Shown here: in pieces, positions 13,291 through 25,484 of the stretch
Layout of the letters: the number at the start of each line of letters is the position of its first letter
Numbering within the stretch: position 1 is the first letter of the stretch
Notes under the pieces: model-generated
What the model saw: the letters and a program-made list of their open reading frames with translations, nothing else
What the model was told of the DNA's origin: nothing
The model's database searches: none
Translations under genes and position numbers: made by a program
Source: Phoronis australis
Taxonomy: Eukaryota; Animalia; Phoronida
Assembly: GCA_002633005.1 (NCBI GenBank)
Contig: NMRA01000177.1
Coordinates: 124,001-188,000, forward strand
Reading direction: 5' to 3'
Length of the DNA stretch: 64,000 nucleotides

Positions 13291-13460
13291 TGTATACCAC
13301 ATTATCAGCCTGAGGTGGCCAATACAACCGTTAAATAACTGATTTAGTTATTCGACGCGCGTTGAATAACACTTATGCAGGAAACTGAAGCAGGTTTTGA
13401 ACCCTCTTCGCTAGAGTTTCGAGTAGTCGACTTAACCACTGCAGCACTCAGCAGCTGACG
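13291..13460 (-). mobile_element. tRNA-Ser-like SINE (inverted homolog at about 15632-15752)
   Basis: The reverse complement reads GCTGCTGAGTGCTGCAGTGGTTAAGTCGACTACTCGAAAC...GGGTTCAAAACCTGCT, resembling tRNA-Ser(CGA) A box, anticodon loop and B box. The body is shared with 15690-15752. Confidence 0.5.
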
Positions 13461-14026
13461 TCATTAAACGTGCAAATAGAATACTTAAACGAGAACTCGC
13501 AAACGGCATTCTACCGACATTTATACGCTATGAAAAATAAGACACACTATTTTAATAAAAACGACATTTTAATTCAGTGAAGTTTATTTCTCATTTTCTT
13601 TCACTTGTAAATGATCGATCTACAGTTTGGATGCGGGTAACGTGTCGTCGGGATCGAATATTACATGTTCTCAGTCGTTATCTCCCTTATATAGAGCCCT
13701 GGTGGATTTTGTAGGGTTATCGCCCGACGGGCTCTAAATTACGGGGGATAACGACTTTGCCATGTAATAATCTATATGTAAGCCTTTACAGCCCTCAAAA
13801 GTTTGGAGGAAAGCGTGACTTACTAATTTCACGGCAACTGCAGGAAAACACCACCCACCAAGGTCCATAATCTATGTTCCTATGGTCAATTAGTTTAATG
13901 AAATCAATTTGCAAGTTGGCGAATGATAAATTTGCATAATTAATGCAAATTTAGGCCACCATTTTTCAAAATTACATTTTTGATTACAACGCCCCTACAC
14001 CAAGCTCTGCAGACAGGTTACTTTAA

Positions 14027-15603
14027 AAGAGAATGCCACCCAAAAAACAACCTATTCTGTATGAATTTAGATCGAGTAGTTCCACTCGATAACAGCAAGT
14101 TCAGTTCTTTTACCTGACACCTAACGGAGGTGTTGAAATTAACGTAATCGGTTCGAACGCAGTCTGTTCAGCTGCTCACAACACGCTTATTGGTGTCAAC
14201 GTATCACTTGAATTCATCATTTTACACCAATAAATCATCAAAATTCGATGTAAACCCCTTACGAGTACATCGAGTTCTTGAACAAACGTGCTGTTTTATT
14301 TCACTGTTACGGATTTATTGGTATTTGAACGTACCGTAGCCTACAGAGTTCGGGGGGCCAAATTACCATGTTCGATCGTGGGAGTTTGGGTCTGTTTGGT
14401 GATAAATTTGAATCATTCTTCCGTGAAATACAGACGGGGAAACATAGTTGTGTGTTGTACTTTTAGATTTACGATTTTTCAGTTCTAAACACACAAAACG
14501 CTTGTTACTCCCCGCCATGAGTGGCTCGGAACCTGATCAGGCCCGTCGCGGCCGCCGGGACTGGACATCACGAACATAAACCAGCTTAAGCTGGAAACTA
14601 AGCCTCCAGTCACAAAAAGACAATAATAGTGAGCCAAAGAAATAGTGTGCACGTAATTACTTAGGTGAATTAGCCACGAAATCTTCTTACATGTCGGGGG
14701 CCGCGAAGTCAGGTTCCTTGTCTTAGTCCACAGAACCGTCAGGGCAAAGGTTGTACAGTAACAATGATTTGAATAATGTATTTGTATGTCTAAATAAAGA
14801 TTCCCCTAACATGTGGCCATTACAGATAACATCGAGTTATTGTTTCACAACAGCTTTCTGTCAGCAAGCACTGAATTAGCATGCGCTCACACGGCCTCGG
14901 TGCCCGGTCAATTACCTTTATTGCATCTAAAGCTGGTGAATCAGCACTGGTTTATTCATTGCTGGCTTCTCGAAATATTTGCACCACTGTCTCACGAATT
15001 CTCCAAAGGCATTACAAATTGTTTCAGTTTATATGAGCAGCCCAGCGCCAATCCCGACTTAGTCGAGAGCTCATCCGACTAAGACTTCACGGATCGGATC
15101 GTTAGGTTTCACGGGCTATCAGCTCGTACTGGAATACACTGATCAAGAAATACTAGAGAGGCGCTGTGAACATGCGTAGGCAACGGAATGTATGGATAGT
15201 TCTTTGGTAAGCCGGAATTCGTCAGAGATCACTGTCGACGACATGCCGGCCAAAGACACAGAGAAGTTTTACGGCCTGCTCATACTTGGTATTAACAGCG
15301 TATTTTTCATTCTTCACTGCCGCGAGTCGCTTTATAAGCATTTCGGGCTCTCGAGGAAGTCGAAAAAACGATATACCCGCTTTCTTTACAGCTTCATAGT
15401 TCGAACAAGCGGGATCGATGCACCGCCATATAGCGGCATTCACTTTGCAGATGAACCACTGACGTCGCTGCGTCGTTTCTCACCTTCCTCACAGGTTAAC
15501 GCGACACCTCTCAGCAAGATGATGTCGACCGCATAAAAGGCGATGTGGATATAGACCGATTAAGACTGTAAAAAAGACTCATTAAATCGGGTGGCGTTCT
15601 GCT
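14027..15603 (-). mobile_element. Second Kolobok-type element of the same family, inverted, with THAP remnant
   Basis: TTAA at 14023-14026 and 15604-15607. TIRs AAGAGAATGCCACCC / GGGTGGCGTTCTGCT. ORF 15222-15443 reads RCIDPACSNY...GISFFRLP...CVFGRHVVDSD. It is the reverse-complement homolog of 10905-12597. Confidence 0.8.
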
Positions 15604-15751
15604 TTAAGTATTCTATTTTCATGTTCGACGACGTCAGCTGCTGAGTGGCGCAGTGGTAAAGTCGGCCTTTGTTTTTCGCCAAAATGTTATCCAATAACTA
15701 AATGGGTTAGTTAACGGTTGTATTGGCCATGTCAAACTGATAACGGGGTAT

Positions 15752-16572
15752 AAATAGAGAATCCTACACGAGTCTTAAGTTTATGACATGGGCAAAACCT
15801 CTTGGAAATTTCGTCAAAATCCCGAGGCTTGCCGAGGGATTTTGACGAAATTTCCAAAAGGTTTTTTCCATGTCATAAATCTGAGACGAGTGTTGTAAGA
15901 TTTGTTTTCTCACATGAACCGTAAAAAATATCCTTTTGCTGAAAAACTTGACGTGTCTAAAACTTTCAACCACACGATGCAACTTTTGTAAAAACACGCT
16001 TGCGCAATGTATAATAATTCAGTTACTTTTTGTTAATAAGTTTATTTTAAGCTTTACCATTGTAAATTTCATTCAACTTTTGTAGCAAATATTCAAGTTA
16101 GAATTTAATAAATAGCCTTTGAAACTACAATATCAAAACTTAAAAAATATTTATAAATAATAGTCAGCAAGGCTCCACCGCGCGTGAGCACTTCAATGAC
16201 TTTGAGACAGCACAGCTAGACAGACTCGTTTCTTGAGTTGGGGCTCGTCTCCGTTTGAATGAACGTGTATATGGAATTCTCCGCCGAAGATTCGTCCGTT
16301 TAAGAAGTTGTTTGCGTGTCCTTCCGACTGGGAGTACGTACAGTTGCGACAACAGATTAATTGTCAATCATAACCTTGTCAGCTCGGAATTCCGGCATTG
16401 TATGGTTGGCGCGCGTTTGGTTTGTTTTAGTGTTTTGCTGACGATATAATGTAAGGCTCAGGGATTTCTACTTTGCACTACTTTGTGATTTGCCCATGTA
16501 ATATCAAAAAATATGTACTCGGTGTTATTAACCAGTCGTGTCGTAACACATTCCAGGTCATGTGAGAAAGGG
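15752..16572 (+). mobile_element. Crypton-like non-autonomous element with internal hairpin (partial copies at about 1530-1850 and 29480-29830)
   Basis: Hairpin tttatgacatgg...aaatttcgtcaaaatcccgaggcttgccgagggattttgacgaaattt...ccatgtcataaa. Subterminal inverted repeat tttctcacatg (about 15907) / catgtgagaaa (about 16559). Confidence 0.5.
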
Positions 16573-18591
16573 TATTACTTTGCTTCAGAGAACTGGATGG
16601 GAATGTTGTTATTAGTATCTGTTAAACGCCAAAACCGGGTTTGGTATACATTTAAGCTAAAGACGCTCTTATTAATTCAAACTTTATGCCACCAAACAAA
16701 TTGTTCACATAGCCACAGAAAGTTATTTGTCGCTTTGTAAAAATATATTCGTGATGGGCGTACAATCGGGTTTGGGATGAAAAAGCCTTTTTGATCACTG
16801 AGTAAAACAGACGTCTCAAAGTTGTTAGTTTTAACCAAAGCTTTAAAATGGCAAAAATCCGTTGTGTTTTTGTGATTTAATTAGGAGTTCCCTCCTCCAG
16901 ATTTTGACTTCCAGTGATTTTTGTACAGTGAACGGAAATCGAGGCTGATGACCTCGGACTCGTTCCAAGAAAACTGACTTAGCCAAATATTTAATTTCAA
17001 CTTTAAGATAAAACTTAAATTTGTCACAAAACCATTTCAAGAAAGAGATCTTAAGTTTACACTTAAGTTTTGTCTTTAAAATTTAACTGTATTACCGGGT
17101 GTGCAAGTTTCAAAGTTTGGAAGCTCAGGCAAATCTTAGACATAAGTCAGTTTCTTGGAGCGAGCCACTTATCAGTTAGATGCTTTTGAAATACGCAGTA
17201 ACTTGTCGTATTACCTCTTGGCTCAAATAGTAAGGTGTTCAATTGCCACCACTGCGGTGGTAGATTCGATTTCGTCTTGGACTGACCTCACGCATATGCA
17301 TAGGAATGGGGGTATTGTGGGTGATGGGGCTAGTGCCCCATTCATGATATTGGGGGGCAGCGCATCCACCCCCTACCTGAACAGGGTCCATGGAAGCTGC
17401 CATTGGCCAGATGGGTACAAGATCCCCAACAAATAGCAGATTTGCGGTGGAATTTTCGTGGCGACCGGCGTAGGCATTCAGCGGGAGGGAAGGGCAGTCA
17501 AGCAAAACGTTAAGAAGACAGTCTACTCGTGGTACTATACTTACCCTCTGGGGACGCTGGACATTACAGTAGTAATAGACTCTACCTGTTTTAAAAAATC
17601 TAGCGTGGATCTTCTACGCTCACCTGAAAACGACGTCTTAACATTCACCAGCCGAAAAATTATTTCAGATTGTTGAAGTCAAGAAGACAAATTTAGGAAA
17701 TGCAAACTTCCATTTCTCATAAATTATATATGCATCTCTGACAACGGATAAGGCATTTAATTGTTATTCTCTTTCCCGCTTTATTGAAATTTCACGATAT
17801 CATTCATGTCCAGCCGAGATGCAGTCACTGATAATTCCATTAAAATAGTTATCTACTCAGCATGTTTGTATGATTGCAAATATGAATCTTCAAGTGTATT
17901 TCTCTTATTTTTGCTTATTCAAAAATTCTGATACTGTTCAGTTGTTGCTGCGTCTATATTGCCTGTGTTGTGACCTGAAGAGATAGCACGTGACCGAAAG
18001 GTATACTACTGTACATACGGCCTAGATATAACATGCTGCTTACTATTAAGTCAAAAACCTTGTATTATTTCACTTAGAAAGCAGAAAATTTCATTGCGCA
18101 CCTCCTTAAGCAAAACATGTTTGACACAAAATAGTATGTATATTTGCGCTTACAACTTGCTTAACAAGCCTTTTCGCATACATGTTCTACAGACTATGAC
18201 CTGGAAGTCTCTGAAGATTAAGACTATGAGAAATAACCAAAAAATCTCCATGGGCTAAACAAGGAGACAGTACGATTTCTGAGGTTGTCGATATTTTAAT
18301 TTGGTTCGTTTATCGCTGATTGTTCTCGTTTTGTTTCTTATGAGAAAAACTAAATGCCAGTAAGGTTGTAAGTCGTACATGATGCAAGTTGCTACGCCGG
18401 CCGTCAGTCACCGGCAGGAAATTTCGCATCTGATTGGCTGTAGCTATGTCAATCGATATCATTTGTTTTGCTGATGTAATCCGCGATCCCGTAAAAAGGG
18501 TCGCAGTTTACAAAACGGTTCGCGACAAATCACCAGCCATACTACAACTGCAACATTCAACATTTTGTCTTGTCAGACTGAATGAGCACCG

Positions 18592-18946
18592 ATGATTATG
18601 TATCTTGATCAAGTATCTCTGTTAAATATTATAATTGTACTTGTGTTTGAAGTATCGTCTTTTGCCCACATTGAGGGTCAGGAAACCGGAGTGTATTACG
18701 GTAACGGCGCCAAGAACACGCGCATGAACTTCTTAAACGTCACTGTTGTCCCATACCCGATCCATACCTCGTTATTATGTGCGGCGGAGTGTTCTCTCGA
18801 TGAACTGTGTGATGCTTTTGCCTTTAACGACTGTGGGAAACTCTGTCACAAATACTGTAGTGACAGCTATTTACCAGGGGCAATGGTGGCTGCAAATGGC
18901 TGGACGTACTACAAAAAGAAGTCGCACTACGCAGGGAGTTGTACAG
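18592..18946 (+). CDS. Paralog B exon 1: signal peptide plus PAN/Apple-like domain
   Basis: Hydrophobic leader VSLLNIIIVLVFEVSSFA. PAN pattern SLLCAAECSLDELCDAFAFNDCGKLCHKY...GWTYY. Donor G|GTGAGT at 18947 and an upstream acceptor tgtcttgtcag ending at 18576. Confidence 0.8.
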
Positions 18947-19560
18947 GTGAGTATTTTGTCACTTTGTTACAGGCGCCGCATATTTCAACGACAGAAGGTG
19001 TTTTTAAACAATAATAAACGCCTCTGCAGCATATATTGCGCGAATTTACAGCTCCATGCGCCTGTATATTAAAATGGGTTTTTAGAGGAATAATTTAGCT
19101 CAAGAATTTCGGTAAACCATGCTGGTGCATACGACAGCGCATGTCTTACAAATTGCATTTTTGCTAACCTCGTTCCTGCCTCCAACGCATAGTCGGCTTC
19201 GGGCAGCCGAAAATGCAATCAAGTTCATGGCTGCATTCAGTTTAATTTCGTATTTGGAAAATCACGCGAGTTGACCATCCGCATCTGCTTCGAATTAACG
19301 CCATTTCAGTACTTGCGGACAGTGATTTTATAAAGTGTAAGAGTTGCTCATCTGTTATCAACATTATATTTTCTGAAAGGAAATTGCGTGTAGAATTTGA
19401 TTTTATTTCAATCTACCATTAACTAGGTCACGTGGTCACGTCTTTAAAAAAATAGAAAAGCAGAAAGATACATTCACAACAAAACAACGACATCGTTAAC
19501 GTGACCGAATTTCATTTTTTTATAAATTTTCACGATTCAGTCTCAAGACACTGTTACAAT

Positions 19561-21020
19561 TTTCTTTATCCCACGCGCGTTGAATCTGTCGAGGGAAATA
19601 ATAAAGTTTTCCGTATTCACCTCTCGCACTACTTCAACAGCGACCTGTGACATGGAAAGTTCAAAAGGTAGGTCAATGTCGACTCGATGTCTTAAGCCGG
19701 TTCGATCATCAAACTTTCCGAAAATATAGTTTAAAGTAATACAGTTGCAACAGTGTAACTAACACTCGACATGCAACCAGTCCCTAAACGTAAAGTCTGG
19801 AACAAAACTGTTAATTATAAGACACTTTCTCTCAGTTTTCAATTGCTGAATATCGTCTGCAAGACAGGCGCCGATTCCTAGGAATTTAAAACATAAAAAA
19901 TTGTTGGTTTTTAAATATTTCCATGAGATGTTACAAGTTCACTGCTCAGTTGCGGTTGTTTTCATCTTTGCTACCTCTTTTCAAGAAATAAATCGTTATT
20001 TTTAAAACTGTTTCTTTTTCAAGAGAAAACTTGCAACCTAACGCGCAAGTACATACATGTACATATAGGACATGATCCGCCATGTGAACAGTCTGGGTGA
20101 AGTATTTGAAAAATCTGCCGAAAATGTAAGAAACTTAGGTATTCAAAGCGCATGGGATAAATACATACACAAAACGTGCCGAGAGTGGCGTACATGAAGT
20201 AATATCCCTCCAAACATTATTCCGCGTATCGACCTCGACGTTCGGTCTCGGTCGATACGCGGAATAAGGTCGAGTGGGATATTACTTCTTGTACGCTAAT
20301 CGAGGTACGTTTTGTATTGATCCCATGCTCTTCGAATTCCTAAGTTTCTTACATTTTTTCGGGAGATTTTTCAACTACTTCACTCAGACTGTTCACATGG
20401 CGGATCACATCCTCCATGTATGTACTTGCGCGTTAGGTTGCAAGTTTTCTCTTGTTAAAGAAAGAGTTTGGAAAGTAACGATTTATTTCTTGAAAAGAGG
20501 TATCAAAGATGAAAACAACGGCAACTGTGCGGTGAGCTTGTAACCTCTCCTGGAACTAGTTAAAAACAACAATATTTGATATTTTAGTTTCCTAGGAAAC
20601 TGCGCCTGAGTTGCAGACATAAGTGCCTTATAATTAACAGTTTTGTTCCAGATTTTACGTTTAGGGCCTGGTTGCATGGCGAGTGTTAGTTACATTGTTG
20701 CAACTGTATTACTTTAAACTATATTCGGAAAATTTGAGTGTCGAATCGGCTGAAGACGTCGAGTCGACATTGACCTACCTTTTGAACTTTCCCTGTCAGA
20801 GGTCACTTGTGAAGTAGTGCGGGAGGTGAATACGGAAAACTTTATTACATGGCCGTATTTCCCTCGATAGATTCAACGCGCATGGGATAAAGAAACGTAC
20901 CTCGATTGGCGTACACGAAGTAATATCCCACTCGACCTTATTCCGAAGGTCGAGGTCGATACGCGGAATAAAGTCTCGTGGGGTATTACTTCATGTACGC
21001 CACTCTCGGTACGTTTTGTA
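19561..21020. mobile_element. About 1.33 kb foldback (inverted dimer) of a Crypton-like element with hairpin terminal modules
   Basis: 19561-20240 is the reverse complement of about 20245-20895, centred on tccgcgtatcgacc-tcgacgttcggtctc-ggtcgatacgcgga. The central module recurs inverted at 20893-21020. Confidence 0.8.
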
Positions 21021-24000
21021 TATTTATTATCGTTTTGTTTTCGTTTTATGCAACACTTGTTTTTCATAAGTACTTTGAAAGTCCTAATTTTAGCAGCCCG
21101 TTTTGCTAAAATGGATCGTTTTAAAACCAATCTCTGATGGTGTTTTGAAGGACAGTGTACAAAGCACAGTACTTAAAAATTTCATTTGATTCCGGTAAGT
21201 CATTTCTGAGACCCCTGAGTTTCCAGCAAGTAGGCACAATTTTATTTACTCCCAGTGTGCCTATAGCAGAAAAATCCCCGGATGCGACCAAGAACGTATA
21301 TTTAGAAACTGAATCACTAGGTTTCACAGGAAATGGACTGCAAAACTTTTAAAATTAACTCCATGTACCTGTGGGAACACTGTAGTCTATTGGCTTCATT
21401 TGTCGGTATTCCAAAGTAGCGCTCTCAGTCTATGCAAAATTCATGTTTGTAATTTGAAAGTCTATTGACTGTTCGGTTAGCACGCAATAAAATGATATAA
21501 GTTATAAATCAATATTAGGCAGTTGTGCTAAATATCAATTGTTTTGGATTCAAGGGTGCATTGATAACAATCAATATTATAAAAATGAAACAAACAACAT
21601 TCTGTCGCATACTGCGTACACTGGTGGATCTAGGATGTTGCAGGGTCAACCATAGGTTTCGAAAAACATTTCAAATTTCAAAAAGGGTGTTTTCCAAACA
21701 TCATGCTAGCAGTTTTTTCGTAGTAAATCCACGTGTGCACAGTGAGATTGCTTAAAGAGCCTGGAACGTTATAACAGACTCAATTGCAATATTGAAATCG
21801 GTTCTCTTGCAGCAAAATAAAATTTGAACAGCTCACCAGATATTTATAGGGTTTGCTCGTGAAGATTATTAATTTCTGTTCATATCAAAAAATATTTTCT
21901 TTTAGTTTCAAAATTACGATTTGTCAACTGCTCGCCACTTCTTCGATTTTTCTCCCACAAGGCAAAGCACGTCTCCTTATTTGATCTAGCGCATTGCCCT
22001 TATATGACCTTTGACCTTAAGGGACTCTGAGCGCACGCGGGTATTTATCATAAGTGGGAGGGAGATTAGAAAATGAGTGGTAACCACAGAGTTTTTCCTT
22101 CACGCATATTACAGAAATTGTGAATTTTTCTGGAATTTTCCTCACAGGCTACAGTGAATTACTTTGTAATAGACGTTGAGAGATAGTACTTTCGTCAAGA
22201 TTTGTTTAAAAGATGTTTTGTTAGCTTTCGCGTTCCATACCTCTTTAACTGAATTCCTAACACAGTCCTTAATGTAAGAAACACTCACAGGAATGAGCAA
22301 AATACATACAGGTGACGGGCTGCTTCCTACAGTTCTTTTCATTGCAGTAGAAATTTGCCAGCACCTGTCACAGGTATACCATGATGACAATCATACTTCG
22401 TGATCCCCCCAGTGAGCATAGGCAGAACAACCTCAATGCAATGCTCTCGTCCTCAGATATCACACTTATGTGATGCTGGAAAACACAAACCACGTCATTT
22501 TTTACTTGCATTTTAAACAAGACCCCAATATGAAGGAGGAATGTTGTTTTCGACTGAACACTCTTGCTGATGTCAGCATAGCTGCAAACTAGTGTTGTTC
22601 ATTACAATGCCAGTGATTCATTTAATGAAGACTAAGTTTGAATGATTTTCAGCATTAAATGCACCATCTTTGTAGTTATACCTAGCAAATGTACTTTCTT
22701 GAAAGTTTTCAGTTTGGTACCAGTTTAAAAATTTATGTGAACACTGATAAAAGGAAGCAACTGATTAGACTTGATTAAACATTCATATATGTTAAAACCG
22801 GCACTATTGCATTGGTAAACAAGAGTGTTTCTTGCATTGACTTCAAGTAATACCTTGATATGAAGTTATGGAACATTGTTTGCCAGCAAAGTCCATTCTA
22901 CAGATGGCTCAGTTCTCTGATCATGTGGTGAATGCTCCTTGAGTCGTCTTGTTTGTTGATGATGCAGTGGTGATGCACACTGTGATGACACTTTAAATAC
23001 AAGACAATCATACAAAATGCCAGTGTGAGCAGTACTTGAATAACATTAAGTAATACTTTCTATGGAATATACATTGATGACAAAGTGTGAGTGCATCTTA
23101 AATTGAAAGTTCAGGGCCGGCTCAAACTGCTTCAATACCAAGTTGAGTTCCCGCATCAAACTTGTCAACACTGAGGAAATGAATGTTTTGGAAGCATTCA
23201 GCGCTGAAAAATAAGTTTTTTGCCACCTTTTTGAGCTATTTCAGCTCAAAAGTTGTTTCCAAAATAATTCACACTTTGAGATTCTCAAAAGCGAGCCAAT
23301 TTCAAGATGACCATTCCTCCATTGCATTTCACTAGGCGGCGATTACTTTACATTATCGGGAATGTGACATAAGCCAAGCTGTGATGTGAATAGTCGGGGA
23401 CAAGACAGTCTTACATTAATAAATTCATATTTCCATCTCTATCCCATTATTTATTCTCCAATAGTTAGTGACCCATTTCTTATTTCTTATCCATAAATAA
23501 GGCATTGCTTTAGTTAAATGATATTTTACTCGTGAATAATGCCAGCCATACATTTGCATTTCGCCCTGTAAAGCTGGCTAGAAACGAAAATAAAATTAGG
23601 CCTTTTACTCTCGTGAACGACTATATTCCCCGATGATCGCATGCCACAATATGTAAAGTTTCAAGAACTCGGAAATTAGAAGCTGAGGATCGCCTAATAA
23701 AATGTCGCTGGCTTCAAAACGTTATCTGGCACTGAGTGTAACATTAATTAGTCTATTATATACAAAAATGTCTTCGCATAATGAAGGGACAGTGGATAAC
23801 GGTTATAAACTGGCTCGACTTCATGCCAACAAAAATTTAATGATTTCCATCCTTCCGAAACATACCGAACTGGTTAATTTTCCAGTTAGTGACAAAAGGC
23901 ATTATGGAAGACAATACTAAGCCTTTGGTAGAGGTTTATTTCCGTTATTTGCCGATGGACTTCTTGCAACATGCACGTAGCACCAAACAGGCTGGTGAAA

Positions 24001-24166
24001 CGGCAAACCCATGAAACGCACTTATTACTAACCAAGATAACCAAGTTTGCATCATTAGTCCAATTACATTCAAGTGTCTGCATGACACTACCAGCTCGTG
24101 TACATGGCCTTCACTGATCGCCATTCTTTTAATTGTTTTTCCATAATCACTTTGAAAATATTTCAG

Positions 24167-24685
24167 ACATAAAAGACTCAAAGCTGTTGACATCAGACCA
24201 CGTGGCATTGTTGTCGCAGTGGTTGCCAGGTAAAGAATTCAGGCTCCTTTACAGAGCAACGGTAGACGGTATGTCGGCATCGACGTTCCACCGAAAATGT
24301 GACGGTAAAGGTGCCACCATAGCTATTGGGAAAGAGTTCAGTAGTGGCAGCACATTCGGAGGTTACGCTTCTGTCTCATGGACAAGTGCAGGTCGTTTCA
24401 AGAGCGACAGCAACGCGTTCGTGTTTCGGCTGTGTAGACAAGGATGCATGTCAGCCAGGTACAACCAGTACAAGCATCAACAATTCGCTGTGTACGATCA
24501 CCACCACAGTGGTCCAACCTAAAGCGGGGGTCTCGACCTGAGGTTTTTTAGTTGGAGCCACTCGTATAACAGCACCAACAAGTACTTCCCGTCTAACGGC
24601 TCCTGCTCTAAATCCACCTACAACGGCACACTCGGCTGTGGCAGACATGTTAAATGGACAGACGTTGAGGCGTGGAGAGTCGTTG
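24167..24685 (+). CDS. Paralog B exon 2: complete TLDc domain with a premature stop
   Basis: SKLLT...LSQWLP..FRLLYRATVDGMSASTFHRKCDGKGATI...FGGYASVSW...SDSNAFVF...GPT*SGGLDL...WTDVEAWRVV. Acceptor tttcag| and donor G|GTAAG. Confidence 0.88.
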
Positions 24686-24740
24686 GTAAGACTTCAGTCC
24701 CGCATGCTTATGAAATTGTTATTTTTATGAATGTCATAAG

Positions 24741-25484
24741 AAGTTCATGTTAACTCAACGTTTCGTCTATTCATGAGACATCATCAGGATGTGTACAGTA
24801 GGACAAGTGTCGATTACCGTTCAAGTCACATCCTTTCTAAAATTACTGAGTCGGATAACGTAGCTGTTAATGGACCTGAGAAAAAGAAAGTTTTCTTTTC
24901 TCTTGGTTACACCGAGCCAAGTAGTTTAAAATTGAAACGTCACTATCTCGCCTAATTATAAATTGCATAAACCCAGCCGTTCAGCTAATAGTTGTTTTTA
25001 GTCTTCGCAAACTTTCTAATATGCTGTGTAACTGAAATCACCCATCCCTTTATTAAATAAAAGCAATGTTTTGTATAAGGTTCAATGCGACAACTGTAAG
25101 CAATTCTATAATGGAATCATCCAGAGACGCCTCTGTGACAGGCTGAAGGAACATAACACCTCCGACAAAAGTAATATTTATAGGCATTGTGTTAGCAACA
25201 ACCACCAAGCCAGTTCAGTTAGTATTATTTGTAAAGAACCTGCTACAGAATTAATGCACAACACGGAGTCATTGGCCATTCAGGACCAGCATGCTACTGA
25301 TTCTCTCAATAACATGCAGAGCTCAGTGACCCTATGGTGATGACCTGCTAACTTTCCCTGTCTCACTCTCATTTCATCACATGGATGTGACTTGAATGGT
25401 AATCGACACTTGTCATGGTTGTCATACTTTATATGTCCTGATGATGTCTCATGAATAGACGAAACGTTGAGTTAACATGAACTT
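24741..25484 (+). mobile_element. 5'-truncated Penelope-like retroelement with GIY-YIG endonuclease remnant and inverted pseudo-LTR
   Basis: ORF 25071-25340 reads YKVQCDNCKQFYNG...RRLCDRLKEH...SNIYRHC...ESLAI...SLN. A perfect 49-bp inverted repeat (24741-24789 / 25436-25484) extends imperfectly to 24833/25383. Confidence 0.85.
25430..25480 (+). ncRNA. Candidate minimal hammerhead ribozyme in the Penelope pLTR (antisense copy at 24745-24790)
   Basis: Core CTGATGA (25438-25444), stem II GTCT...AGAC, then GAAAC followed by a GTT cleavage-type triplet. Stem I pairing is weak. Confidence 0.55.

Noticed and set aside
22300-23100. PHD-finger-like coding remnant in the PAN-TLDc intron (minus strand, LFCLC...TCDRC)
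   Set aside because: Too degenerate to assign. It is probably transposon debris, but no ends could be defined.
24520-24522. Programmed readthrough or selenocysteine in the TLDc exon
   Set aside because: The codon is TAA rather than TGA, it sits at an aromatic position, and a second lesion (dead acceptor) points to a pseudogene.
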